A stretch of 49,317 bases of DNA from an uncultured bacterium (GTDB taxonomy: Bacteria; Edwardsbacteria; AC1; EtOH8). The DNA lies in assembly GCA_963780225.1 (NCBI GenBank), contig CAWAAX010000001.1, positions 1 to 49,317 on the forward strand, in the 5' to 3' direction. The first letter of the stretch is position 1. Each line of letters starts with the position of its first letter. Below are positions 9,123 to 21,273 of the stretch, in pieces. The translations under genes and the position numbers were made by a program. Under the pieces are notes generated by a model. That model searched no databases. It had not been told where the DNA came from and was given only the letters and a program-made list of their open reading frames with translations.

Positions 9123-9997
9123 TCTTTGGTCTTCCATCTTTTGTGCACCCAGTACCAGTGATCGGGATGCTGTCTTACATATTCCTCCAGTTGGGCGGTG
9201 AAAAGAGTGGTAAGCCGCAGGATCTCTGCCTCCTTCTCATTCTTGGGATCGGCATGGAACGGCGGATTGAGATAACCGATGTGCCTTCCTCCCTGTTGCC
9301 GGACGATGGCCCCGGTGATGATGGCCGCTCCGGTCTTGATGGCAAAGATGGCCGGCCCCTTGGTGGTGGAGGCTTTTTGCCCCAGGAAATCAACGAAGAC
9401 CCCGTCCCGGCCGGTATCCTGGTCGGAAAGCATGGCCACAAAATGGTTTTGCCTCAAAGCGGTCAGCACTTCGCGGGTGGCGTCTTTTTTAAAGATGATA
9501 TTGACGTTCTTGGAACGTCTCAGGGAATTGAGCGCTTCGTCCACGTATTTATTGTGCTGGGGATAGACCACCACCGAAAAATGGTAACCGCTGTTGGCGA
9601 TGGCGGCGGCGTGAACCTCCCAGTTCCCGAAATGCCCGCTGACCAGTATCCCTCCCCGGCCCGCTTTTACGACCTGGTCAAAGTATTCGATATTCCTCAG
9701 GTCCACCTTGTTCTTAACGCTGGCACAATCCGACGTTTTGAAACGCAAAAGCTCCATCAGATTTCTGCCCAGGTTTTGGTAGAGGCTGAGCGCTATTTCC
9801 CGGTTTTGAACGTCATCATTTTTGGGGAAGGCCCGCCTCAGATTTTCCAGGGCCACTTTACGGCGTATCCCCGTCACAAAGGCCAATTCACCCAAATGCG
9901 CCCCAAAATTCAAAGCGGCTTTCTCCGGCAGAAGGTTTACCCACCAGCCCAGAAAGATCAGCAGCCAGTATTGAAGTATGTAGCCGGTATTTTTCAT
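9119..9997 (-). CDS. Lipid A biosynthesis acyltransferase (LpxL/HtrB family)
   Basis: GHFGNWE, LSDQD, PDHWYWVHKRWK. Confidence 0.92.
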   Translation of the reverse strand: MKNTGYILQYWLLIFLGWWVNLLPEKAALNFGAHLGELAFVTGIRRKVALENLRRAFPKNDDVQNREIALSLYQNLGRNLMELLRFKTSDCASVKNKVDLRNIEYFDQVVKAGRGGILVSGHFGNWEVHAAAIANSGYHFSVVVYPQHNKYVDEALNSLRRSKNVNIIFKKDATREVLTALRQNHFVAMLSDQDTGRDGVFVDFLGQKASTTKGPAIFAIKTGAAIITGAIVRQQGGRHIGYLNPPFHADPKNEKEAEILRLTTLFTAQLEEYVRQHPDHWYWVHKRWKTKE

Positions 9998-10049
9998 TTG
10001 GGGCTTATTTTATAAAAAAAATCTGTGAAAATCAGTGTCCATTTAAAAG

Positions 10050-11165
10050 TCACCTTCCCAATAGCTTGGCCACCGGACTGCGTTTCTGGTAAACCGCGTG
10101 CTGGGGGCAGACCTCGCTGCAGCAAAGACAGTTGATGCATAGCTTATAGTTGAACTCGGGCACTGCTCCGACCGAGGTCAGGGCGCTTACCGGACAGCTC
10201 TCCACGCAGTAACCGCAGTTAATGCACAGTTTGGGATCGATGGCCGGACGCACCCAGAACAGCCTGGCGACGTATTTGGCCAGAAAGTTGGGGATCAAAG
10301 AGTAGAACCAATTGGGCGGCCACTTGAAATCTTTCAATGGAGGTATCTGGTCGCCCAAAACTTCTATCTGTTTGAGGTCGGCTATGCCCATATTCTGTTG
10401 TGCGGCGATCCTGGTGGTGGGTATGTCCAGCGGCTTTTTGCCCAACAGATGGGCGGCATAGCTGTCTAAGGCCACCCCGTCCTGACCGGCCATGATGAAT
10501 CCCAGATTCCTGGGGTTCCCGGCCGAAGGCCCCATCCCCTCCATTCCCATCACGGCGTCAATGATGGTCAAATGCGGTTTGGCCAGGGCATAGATATCAA
10601 CCAATAAGTTTGAAAAGTCCCAGGGTTTGGGGGCCTGCTTGTGGTACATTGATTTCTTTAGGCCCGGGATCACCCCGTACATGTTCTTGACCGCTCCGGT
10701 CATCAGGGTCAGGCCGTGGGTCTTTAATTTGGGCAGGTTGATGATGATATCCGCCTCCAGCACCGGCGTGGCAATGTGATACTTTTTGCCGTTGCGTTCT
10801 TTTTGCTGGACCCCGGATCTTTCAAAGCTTATCAGTTCAACCGAATGTTTGCGGCAGATGTCCAGCATCCCGGTGGTGTTCCAGAATTCCTCCAGGGTTT
10901 TAAATGCCCCGGCCGGGCTGTCGCCCACCATGGGAATGCCTCCGGCTTCCTTTACCAGAATTATCACCGCCTCCACCACCGCCGGATGGGTGGTGATGGC
11001 CCGGTCCGGGGTCTTGGCCGAAAGCAGATTTGGCTTAAGCAGCACTTTGTTGCCGGGCTTGACGAAAGCGGACATTCCGCCCAGAACGTCAATCGACCGG
11101 CGCACTGCTTCGGTAACGGCCTGGGGATCATAAGTGCTGCATTTTATCAGGGATATTTTAGTCAT
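10050..11165 (-). CDS. DUF362 domain protein with 2x[4Fe-4S] ferredoxin domain
   Basis: VLLKPNLL, TTHP, NLPKLKTH, GAVKNMYG; CINCGYCVESCP and CINCLCCSEVCP. Confidence 0.9.
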   Translation of the reverse strand: MTKISLIKCSTYDPQAVTEAVRRSIDVLGGMSAFVKPGNKVLLKPNLLSAKTPDRAITTHPAVVEAVIILVKEAGGIPMVGDSPAGAFKTLEEFWNTTGMLDICRKHSVELISFERSGVQQKERNGKKYHIATPVLEADIIINLPKLKTHGLTLMTGAVKNMYGVIPGLKKSMYHKQAPKPWDFSNLLVDIYALAKPHLTIIDAVMGMEGMGPSAGNPRNLGFIMAGQDGVALDSYAAHLLGKKPLDIPTTRIAAQQNMGIADLKQIEVLGDQIPPLKDFKWPPNWFYSLIPNFLAKYVARLFWVRPAIDPKLCINCGYCVESCPVSALTSVGAVPEFNYKLCINCLCCSEVCPQHAVYQKRSPVAKLLGR

Positions 11166-11194
11166 TGGTAATTCCCGGTCAATTGAAAATAATA

Positions 11195-12296
11195 TTATGT
11201 TCTGACAAACATTTTCCCCGGCAGTTGTTTTACCATTCCTTTTAATTCCAAGGATAAAAGGGTTCTAATAAGTTCCGGGCTTTTTAAATTAGCGATCCCT
11301 GCCAGATCGTCGATGTGCCGGGGTTCGGGCGTCATAGTGTTATACAGGGTTTCCTCGGCTTCATCCAATTTCGGAGTGGGTGTGATTGGAGCATTATTAA
11401 TATCCGTTGTCTTCCTGGATGTTCTTGGTTCCAGTTTCAGTTCCTCCAGGATGTCCCGGGCATTGCTGACCAGCTTGGCCCCCTGCTTGATCAGCTGGTT
11501 GGTGCCCTGGCTGGTGGCCGAATTGACCGGCCCCGGCACCGCAAATACGTCCCGGCCCTGATCGGCCGCCCAGCGCACGCTGGAGAAGACCCCGCTGTCG
11601 GCCCGGGCCTCCACCGCCACCACTCCCAGGGAAAGTCCGGTTATTATCCGGTTGCGGCTGGGGAAAAACCCCGGCTCCGGCTCGGTGCCCAGAGGAAATT
11701 CCGAGATCACCGCTCCCTGGGCCGCTATCCGGTCCCGCAGTTTTTGGTTCTCTTTGGGATATGGTATGTCCACCCCGCAGCCCAGCACCGCGATGGTGCG
11801 GGCCGGCGCGGCCAAAGCCCCCAGATGGGCCGAGGTGTCTATGCCCCTGGCCATCCCGCTGACTATGGTCAGTCCGGCCTTTCCCAGCTCCAGCGCCAGG
11901 TTGCCGGCTATGTTGCGGCCATAGGGGCTGGGATCGCGGGAGCCGATCACCGCCACGGCCTTCTGGTCCCGGGGTTCAAAACCTCCTTTGACATAAAGCA
12001 GGGCCGGGGCGTCGCCGAAATATTTCAGGTTCTCCGGGAATTCCGTATCGCCGGCGGTGATGATGCTGACCCCGTGCTTACGGGCCAATTCCAGCTGGGA
12101 ATCTACGAAACTATTTTCGTTCCTTGAACGAATGATGGCCTCGGCAATGGCTTCAACCACGCCTTCCACCCGGCATAAGCCGGCAATGCTTTGTTCAAAT
12201 ACATTTTGGGGACTGCCGAATTCCTTCAACAGCATCCGGTATTTGATCGGCCCCACCCGGGGAACGCCTTTGAGCCTGAGCCACCACAGTAATTCA

Positions 12297-12310
<14 letters not shown>
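11195..12310 (-). CDS. dprA: DNA-processing protein DprA
   Basis: VAVIGSR, IVSGMARGIDTSAH, FPSRNRIITGLS, VFAVPG, C-terminal winged helix. Confidence 0.95.
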
Positions 12311-14397
<2,087 letters not shown>

Positions 14398-14413
14398 CTT
14401 AAGTTCTCCGTAA

Positions 14414-14486
14414 AGTATTCAGTATTCAGTATTCAGTAGCCTGTAACCAGTAATTGCTAATTGTTCACTGCTCGTTGTTGATTGTA
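14414..14486. repeat. 7-nt periodic repeats (AGTATTC x3; degenerate nATTGyT x5) overlapping the rsmD stop
   Basis: AGTATTC AGTATTC AGTATTC AGTAGCC and AATTGCT AATTGTT CACTGCT CGTTGTT GATTGTA. Confidence 0.7.
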
Positions 14487-15019
14487 TAAAACTCCACGCT
14501 GCTCTTCCCGTGTTTCTTGCATTTCCACAAGGCCAGGCCCACAGTTTGGGCCTCTATCTTCTCTGCCCGGTGATGCTGAATCACCAGTATCCCGCCGGGA
14601 GCCAGCAGGCCGTGTTTGGAGACCATGTCCAGTATCTGGGAGGAAACATTGGCCTGATAAGGCGGATCTGCCAGCACGATGTCATATTTGCCGCCGGCGG
14701 AAGACACGAAGTCCAGCGCGTCCTGGATGACCACCCTGGCTTTATCCTGGACCTTCAGCATTTCCAGGTTCTGGCGGATCAGGACGGCCGTGGCGCGGTC
14801 CGCCTCCACCATGGTAACTTCGGCCGCTCCCCGGGACAAGGCCTCGATTCCCAGGGCCCCGCTGCCGGCGTAGATGTCCAGCACATTTTTGCCGGACACA
14901 AAGTCGCCCAGGACATTGAATATCACGCCTCGCAACAATCCGCTGGAAGGCCGGACCTGTTTCCCTTCCGGAGTTTTTAATATCCGGCCCCGGTATTCGC
15001 CGGCGATGATCTTCAGCAT
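14465..15019 (-). CDS. rsmD: 16S rRNA (guanine966-N2)-methyltransferase
   Basis: MLKIIAGEYRGR, LDIYAGSGALGIEALSRGA, ADPPY; upstream of coaD. Confidence 0.93.
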   Translation of the reverse strand: MLKIIAGEYRGRILKTPEGKQVRPSSGLLRGVIFNVLGDFVSGKNVLDIYAGSGALGIEALSRGAAEVTMVEADRATAVLIRQNLEMLKVQDKARVVIQDALDFVSSAGGKYDIVLADPPYQANVSSQILDMVSKHGLLAPGGILVIQHHRAEKIEAQTVGLALWKCKKHGKSSVEFYTINNEQ

Positions 15020-15045
15020 GTTACTGTATAAGTCAATATGTTTGT

Positions 15046-15165
15046 TTTTATTAGGAAACCAGGAGACCATGAACATCCAACTATGTTACCCCTGATATTT
15101 TCCTGTATTCCTGCCTGCCTGCCGAAGCTACAGCGGGGGCGCAAGGCTGGGTTTCCTGATGAAAA
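15046..15165. repeat. Small inverted-repeat element with a 37-bp insertion (15114-15150) in its right arm
   Basis: Left arm TTTTATTAGGAAACCAGGAGACCATGAAC; right arm TTCCTGTATTCCTG[insert]GTTTCCTGATGAAAA. Confidence 0.7.
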
Positions 15166-15180
15166 AGTATTCGGTTACTA

Positions 15181-18057
15181 TCAGAACTCGCTGCCCAAGG
15201 TAAATGAGACCACCGGATTTTTTTCGATGACTGACAGATCTGTGGGCCATCCCACGTCCACCCGGATCAGGAAGGGATAAAGGTTGATCCTGCCTCCGGT
15301 GCCGATGGCGGCCTTAAGATTGTCCAGTTTAATCAGTGCCCGGTTGTTCTTTTCCAAAGGATTGAAAGAATCGGTATTGTCCCAGGCAGCTCCCACGTCA
15401 AAAAAGAATGCGCCCCTGATCCCGTAGAAAGAAAGCGGCGGGAAGGCCATCTCCAGCCGGTCGATAAGCGGAAAGCGCAGTTCAAAATTGGCCAGGGCCG
15501 TTTTGGTGCCGTAGAACCTGTCATAATCATATCCGTGCAGGCTATTGGGTCCGCCCAGATAGAACCGCTGGGCATCCGGGCCAGCGGAGATGCCGCCAAG
15601 CAGCCTCAGGGCGATCTGGTATCGCCGGGAGATCCTCCAGTAATTGCGGATGTCGGCGTACCCGGTATTGAAGTTCAGGTCGCTGCCCAGGGCTTTCTGG
15701 CTGCTCTCCACCACCAGCATGGCCCGCTGGCCGCTGATGGGTCCCATGTAGCCCCACAGCGTGTTGTCGTGGACGAAACTTAATCCCGGCACGATCACAT
15801 CCATGCTGGCCTCGGGATACGAGTAGTAATAATAGGCCTGCCTGTAGTGGTTCCAGCTGGCCATCAGGTCAAAACGCTGATAACGGTTCAAAGGGTAGGA
15901 TACCGAACCCTGCACCCCATTGACCTTTTCTATTACGATGTCATCGTTGGGGGCCAGATAATAATTATGATATTGGTAATAGCTGACCCCGTAATCAAAG
16001 CGCTTGGGCAGATAGTAATAGGCCAGCTGATAATCTGAATATTCAAAATCCACCATCAGGTCGGACTGCAGATAGAACAAGTGGCTGCCCAGGATATCGG
16101 TGACCAGTATCTGGGCCTGCCCTCCCAGCCCGCTCAGGGTATTGTAGCCTACCGTGCCCCGGGCCATGTCCAGGGAAAATTTTGCCCGGGCCAAAACCGG
16201 ATCAGCCAGGGTATCGCCGGCCGCCAGGCTGAAAGTCTTGGGGTATTGCCATAGCTTGTTTCTGGAACTGTTGGTATCAGCAGTATCGGGAAAAAGGGAC
16301 TGAATGTCCGGTTTCTTTTCCACTGGATTTTTTATGGTGTAGATGTTCCAGCCGGTTTTGTGGTAACCGACAAAAACGATCTTATCGCTTTCAGCCGACC
16401 ATCGGGGCTGCAGACATCCGGTCAATACGTCGGTCAGGGGAACCGAAGCGCTGTCGGGACCGGCCCGATAGAGGATATTGGCCACCCCCTGCTGGTAGGA
16501 ATTGTATATTATGCCTGGCTTGCCCCAGCTGGGGCTGACCGCATACTGTTCATCCGGAGTATAGCAGGCCAGGGCTTCTCCGTCCGGGTTTACCGTGAAC
16601 AGACGGTACCTCCCAAAATGCAGGCTGTCGGAAACAGTGGGATCGCCGGAGGCCGGACGGTCCGAGGCAAAGACCAGAGCTTCACCGTCCGGGGACCAGG
16701 CCGGTTCCCGGTCGTCATAGATGTCGCTGGTGATCTGTTTGATGCTGCCGTCGAGATTGTTCAGCAGATACAGGTCGGCATGGCCGTTCTTAAGGCCGCA
16801 GAAGACTATCCTCTCATCGGTGGGCGACCAGGAGGGATAATAGATCCCGTCCAGATCGAACTTGTATTTCTTGATCAGTTTGCCGTCGTTGGCATCAACT
16901 ATATACAGCCTGTCGCCGGTGGTGGACTTGGCGGCGAAAACCAGACGGTTCCCTTCCGGCGACCAGGACAACCCGCCACGGAACCAGGCCAGGTGCATGG
17001 CTTCGAACAGAGAATTCTTTTCGCCCTTGACCAGGTGGCTGATCCGGCGGCCGTCGATGCTGGAGATCACGTAGATCCCGGAATAGCCGCCCTGATCGGA
17101 GATGTAGGCTATCTTGTCGCCCCGGGGCGACAGGGCCGGGCTGAGGTTGAAGTAGGATTCATTCTTATCGTGCTCGGTCAGCTGCTTGCCGATGTCGGAA
17201 GCTTCCTTTTTTGAAGCCAGATAGGGCCAGTATTCCTTTTTGACCGACTTGATCCAGTCCTCGGAAAGTTTTTCCACCCCCTGTCCCAGCACCATCTGGC
17301 AGGCTTTTTCCACATTTCGGTTGGCCCGAACCAGGTGCAGCAGTTCGCCCACCTTGGCCTGGCCGTAGTGGCCGGCGATGTATCTCATCACCGCCTGACC
17401 CTCCTTGTAGACCAGGTAGCTGCCGCCGTAGTTGTCCAGTTCGTTGATGGGGATCAGGCGCTGGTTGATGGCCAGGTCCTTGATGATCATTTCGGATTCC
17501 GGGTCCCAGCCCCGGGACTCGTACTCGGCCAGGCCCTCTATGAACCACAGCGAGACCTGGTTGAAGTTCTGGCCGGAAAGCACCGATTCCATCCCCCCGC
17601 CAAAGAACAGGTCAAACATGTAGGCGTGGACCATCTCGTGGGCCAGCACATGCTGAAAATCGGCATAGGATCCGGTATAGGGCACCACCACCCGGTTCTT
17701 GAACTGAGTGGTGAAGCCGCCCACTGATTCTTCCAGAATCTCCTGGGTGATGTTGGTCTGTTCAAAATCGTTGTGGGATGAATAGACCAGCACCGGGATC
17801 CGGGCATTGAGCTTGTGGGAAAAATCGCGGGAGAGCTTTTCTCCTTCGGTCTCGGCGATCTGGGCGGCGATGGCGGCCAAAGTATTTTGACCCTGGTAAA
17901 AGTAGATGTCAAAATTCTTGGTGGCGATCTTCTGCCACTTGAAATTCTTGTAATTCACCTTGTTCTTGCCGAAATAGCCGTCTTGGGCCCACAGCAGGGC
18001 CGGGGCAAGAACCAGCAAAGCCACCAGGCACCATAGGGTCAATTTGAAACGCTTCAT
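15181..18057 (-). CDS. Omp85-family outer membrane protein with N-terminal HExxH metallopeptidase-like domain and PD40/TolB-like propeller
   Basis: Signal peptide; LAHEMVHAY...WFIEGLAEY; repeated P(S/A)WSPDG; FYLGGPNSLHGY; terminal F. Confidence 0.85.
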   Translation of the reverse strand: MKRFKLTLWCLVALLVLAPALLWAQDGYFGKNKVNYKNFKWQKIATKNFDIYFYQGQNTLAAIAAQIAETEGEKLSRDFSHKLNARIPVLVYSSHNDFEQTNITQEILEESVGGFTTQFKNRVVVPYTGSYADFQHVLAHEMVHAYMFDLFFGGGMESVLSGQNFNQVSLWFIEGLAEYESRGWDPESEMIIKDLAINQRLIPINELDNYGGSYLVYKEGQAVMRYIAGHYGQAKVGELLHLVRANRNVEKACQMVLGQGVEKLSEDWIKSVKKEYWPYLASKKEASDIGKQLTEHDKNESYFNLSPALSPRGDKIAYISDQGGYSGIYVISSIDGRRISHLVKGEKNSLFEAMHLAWFRGGLSWSPEGNRLVFAAKSTTGDRLYIVDANDGKLIKKYKFDLDGIYYPSWSPTDERIVFCGLKNGHADLYLLNNLDGSIKQITSDIYDDREPAWSPDGEALVFASDRPASGDPTVSDSLHFGRYRLFTVNPDGEALACYTPDEQYAVSPSWGKPGIIYNSYQQGVANILYRAGPDSASVPLTDVLTGCLQPRWSAESDKIVFVGYHKTGWNIYTIKNPVEKKPDIQSLFPDTADTNSSRNKLWQYPKTFSLAAGDTLADPVLARAKFSLDMARGTVGYNTLSGLGGQAQILVTDILGSHLFYLQSDLMVDFEYSDYQLAYYYLPKRFDYGVSYYQYHNYYLAPNDDIVIEKVNGVQGSVSYPLNRYQRFDLMASWNHYRQAYYYYSYPEASMDVIVPGLSFVHDNTLWGYMGPISGQRAMLVVESSQKALGSDLNFNTGYADIRNYWRISRRYQIALRLLGGISAGPDAQRFYLGGPNSLHGYDYDRFYGTKTALANFELRFPLIDRLEMAFPPLSFYGIRGAFFFDVGAAWDNTDSFNPLEKNNRALIKLDNLKAAIGTGGRINLYPFLIRVDVGWPTDLSVIEKNPVVSFTLGSEF

Positions 18058-18200
18058 TACAGCAATCCTACAATTATAATGAGGTTAAAGGAATTAATTA
18101 TTTTATCGCAGAATCACGGAACTGTGGAATAAAGGCAACTCCATACCATACGATATTACGGAAACACTAATATTCCAGAGATTAATCCCTGTAAAGATTT

Positions 18201-18372
18201 AAATGATTATCTAACTTACTCAGGAACCTTTATCCACAGATTACCGCAGATTATAACAAACCTTTTTGTGCCTAACAATATGATTTTGCATAGAAAAATC
18301 TGTGAAAATCTGTTAAATCTGCGGATAGAAAAGTTTTTGGAGTATATCCCTGAGTTAATTGGATAGACATTA
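18201..18372. repeat. Nested inverted-repeat (MITE-like) element
   Basis: Outer IR AAATGATTATCTAACTTACTCAGG / CCTGAGTTAATTGGATAGACATTA; inner IR TATCCACAGATT / AATCTGCGGATA with repeated AATCTG units. Confidence 0.65.
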
Positions 18373-18416
18373 AGATTTATTTCGGACTTCCCGTGCTTCA
18401 GTAGTTGGCGCCAGGT

Positions 18417-18830
18417 TTAATATTCAGCTTTGAAGATAACATCCAGCCAGGCGTCATTTTTGAACAGCTGCCGCGACACTTCCCCTTTTAACAGCAGGGT
18501 TGGATTGATCTTGTACTCCATGATCAGAACCTGGGACTGCCGGGCAGAGGAAAAACCCAGAGAAAGACTCAGGGAAAAACGCTCCTCCCAAAAGGCCCTG
18601 TTAAGGCCCAGCTCCCGCCCCCCAGCCACATTAACATTCCATTGTTGAGCGAACTCCACCAACTTTTCCATCCGCCATTCCTCCATCAGCTGCATGAAAT
18701 ATTCCTGATAGTATGCGGATAGGGAGTCGGCAGTTTCTTGGTCTGGACCTTGTGCAGTTGCCCGGGCCGGAACCAGAAACAGACTTAAGACCAGGATAAA
18801 AATTAATATTTTTACCTTCTCAGTCATCAT
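18417..18830 (-). CDS. Secreted hypothetical protein resembling the TamB/DUF490 C-terminal beta-strands
   Basis: Signal peptide; amphipathic strands ending MEYKINPTLLLKGEVSR...WLDVIFKAEY. Confidence 0.55.
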   Translation of the reverse strand: MMTEKVKILIFILVLSLFLVPARATAQGPDQETADSLSAYYQEYFMQLMEEWRMEKLVEFAQQWNVNVAGGRELGLNRAFWEERFSLSLSLGFSSARQSQVLIMEYKINPTLLLKGEVSRQLFKNDAWLDVIFKAEY

Positions 18831-19347
18831 CGTAATGAACCAGCGAGATGACTTTGTATTTTTTGAGTTTTTCCTTGCCTTTTAGGATGTCCAGCTCCAC
18901 CACAAACGCCAAGCCTGCCACCTGCCCGCCCAGCCGTTCCACTAATTTTGCCACCGCCAGCGCGGTTCCGCCAGTGGCCAAAAGGTCGTCTACGATCAGG
19001 ATATTCTGTCCCTTTTTAACCGCATCGGCGTGCATCTCAAGCGAGTCGGTGCCGTATTCCAGGGCGTAGGTCTGCCTGATGGTTTTGGCCGGCAGTTTGT
19101 TGGGCTTGCGCACCAGGATCACCCCGACCCCCATTTGATAAGCCAGGGCCGAGCCGAAGGGAAAACCCCTCGATTCTATTACTGCGATGGCGTCAACTTT
19201 AAGTTTCTTGGCCTGGAGATGAAGCTGGTCCACCGCATCCTTGAAGGCCTTTTTATCCCGCAGTAAAGTAGTGATGTCTTTGAAATTGATCCCCGGCTTG
19301 GGAAAGCCCGGCACTTCCCGGATATACTTTTTAAGATCGACCGCCAT
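18820..19347 (-). CDS. apt: Adenine phosphoribosyltransferase
   Basis: FPKPGINFKDIT, ESRGF, YALEYG, VDDLLATGGT. Confidence 0.97.
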   Translation of the reverse strand: MAVDLKKYIREVPGFPKPGINFKDITTLLRDKKAFKDAVDQLHLQAKKLKVDAIAVIESRGFPFGSALAYQMGVGVILVRKPNKLPAKTIRQTYALEYGTDSLEMHADAVKKGQNILIVDDLLATGGTALAVAKLVERLGGQVAGLAFVVELDILKGKEKLKKYKVISLVHYDDD

Positions 19348-19433
19348 GTCGCAGACTCCTGTAAAAGTTCTGTTTAACGTTTACTGTTAGTAAGTTGTAG
19401 CAGTTAAAATTGACGAAGAAAACAGCGTCGGCA

Positions 19434-20264
19434 TTACAATTTCAGCATTATCTTCTGGCTTAGTTTTTTAGTTGATGCCCCCATGCCCGGGCCCCGGCCT
19501 CCGCTGGGCGGGCTGGGCATTTCGCCATCCATGCCGCCTGGCCGCTGGTTCCCTCCGCCCATCCCGCCAGGTCCGCCGCCGGCCGGCCTGTCTTGACCGT
19601 TGTTCCCCCTCATGGCCATCGGCTCGAACCCGTCGCTTTCCAGCGAGATCTCAATGCCGGTATCTTCACCCTTTTGGTACCAAAGCGCAAAAAGATGATT
19701 GTCGCTCTGAACCAGCGGCACTTTTAATTCGTACACAAACTTACCGCTGCCGTCCAGGCTGACCTTGGCCCCCAGGCCGTAGGAAGCCGCCAGTCCGAAC
19801 AATATCCTCTGCTTGAGGGCCTTGCTTGGGACCAGCACTTCAAAATCCTGCGGAACCATTGCTAAATTCTGTTTTCCCTGCTCGGGATCGATCTTTCCGG
19901 AGCGTTCCGTCATTCCCGGCCCCATCTGCGGCCGGCCCATGGGAAAATGAATGCCCATTTTGGGGGTGCTGCCGTCCCGGGCTTGGAACCAAACGGTAAA
20001 ACCCTGCATTACCTGGGGAATTATCTCCTGATTGGTGCTTCTTAAGGCCACAAAAAGAAAGGAATCGTTGTGGCAAAAACCGATGGAAACATCCTTCTTT
20101 TCAAAGTAATGAAACGCCGAGTCCGGCCAGTCGGAATCGCTGCCGTCAACCGTCATGGCATTTGCGCAGGGGTAGCTGTTAAGGCTCAGTTTTTGGCAAC
20201 CGGCCAAAGAGGTCAGGGCCAAAATGGCGGCGATCAAAGTAACGGGCCAAAAGTTCTTTTTCAC
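19434..20264 (-). CDS. Hypothetical lipoprotein with Gly/Pro/Met-rich C-terminus
   Basis: GTG start, lipobox LAGC, TVDGSDSDW motif, low-complexity tail. Confidence 0.7.
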   Translation of the reverse strand: MKKNFWPVTLIAAILALTSLAGCQKLSLNSYPCANAMTVDGSDSDWPDSAFHYFEKKDVSIGFCHNDSFLFVALRSTNQEIIPQVMQGFTVWFQARDGSTPKMGIHFPMGRPQMGPGMTERSGKIDPEQGKQNLAMVPQDFEVLVPSKALKQRILFGLAASYGLGAKVSLDGSGKFVYELKVPLVQSDNHLFALWYQKGEDTGIEISLESDGFEPMAMRGNNGQDRPAGGGPGGMGGGNQRPGGMDGEMPSPPSGGRGPGMGASTKKLSQKIMLKL

Positions 20265-20450
20265 AGTCTTTCTCCGGATTTGGTTGGTTTATGAACGGGC
20301 TTGCCGAAAACCTGCAACGGGTTAAAAGAAACCATGGTATGGCAAACTCCGCCGGTTAACCAATATTAGACTGTTCTTTTTGATGAATGGTTTAACTTTC
20401 AGCTTAAAATAAATACTTTAAGTTGATACCGGCATGAATGTTAGGAGAGA

Positions 20451-20726
20451 TCAGAACATTATCTCAAAACTGGCAATATCCCCGGTATAAAGTTGCCACT
20501 TCGTTTCCAGCTTTTCAACTATCGCCCCGGCCGGGCCTTCCTTTAGTCCCTCTAATAGTATTTTCAACTCCTCTTCTTCTCCCTCAGCCACCACTTCCAC
20601 CCGGCCATCCCTTAAGTTCCGGACATACCCGGCCAGTTCCAGGCTTTGAGCCCGGTGGAGCACAAAGTATCGGTAGCCTACGCCCTGCACCCTGCCGGAG
20701 ATATGGACTATGATTTTTTTATCCAT
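20451..20726 (-). CDS. acyP: Acylphosphatase
   Basis: GRVQGVGYR, GYVRNLRDGRVE. Confidence 0.95.
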   Translation of the reverse strand: MDKKIIVHISGRVQGVGYRYFVLHRAQSLELAGYVRNLRDGRVEVVAEGEEEELKILLEGLKEGPAGAIVEKLETKWQLYTGDIASFEIMF

Positions 20727-20769
20727 CCGAACAATAGTAATATAAAACCATTTAATATTTATTTATGTG

Positions 20770-21273
20770 CTAATACACAATTTCAAATCTATAAAATAAT
20801 TTACCATCCATAAAGTAAAATGCTTTACCCCAATGGGGGCATGTTTCCCAATCACCAGGATCATAATAATCTTCAAATAATATGCTATTAACGTAATTAT
20901 TTTTTCTTTTATCGTATACTATAGCTTTACCCTCTTTCAGTAAACCGACCAAATAATGCCTAGCATATTTTTTTGATATATCCAAAGAATCAATATGGTT
21001 TACAATATAGCTTTTTAATGTATCTGATAATTCCTGGCTATGGTTAATTATTTTAAACCAGTAATTATAATAGCTCACTTTGATTATCACATCGCTCGTT
21101 TCAACAAAGCAAAATGAACTATAATCAACAGCATCAAGATTAACTACTTTTACTATGCTAGTGCTTGTATCAGGAGATTGTTGCGTTGTAAACTGTCCTT
21201 TATTTTCAAAATGGGAAGCACAACCGCAAAGCAGTAATAATGGAATAATTATATGCTTATTAGCGTTTATCAT
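20770..21273 (-). CDS. Hypothetical lipoprotein, very AT-rich
   Basis: Lipobox-like LLCGC; intact ORF with composition unlike its neighbours. Confidence 0.65.
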   Translation of the reverse strand: MINANKHIIIPLLLLCGCASHFENKGQFTTQQSPDTSTSIVKVVNLDAVDYSSFCFVETSDVIIKVSYYNYWFKIINHSQELSDTLKSYIVNHIDSLDISKKYARHYLVGLLKEGKAIVYDKRKNNYVNSILFEDYYDPGDWETCPHWGKAFYFMDGKLFYRFEIVY

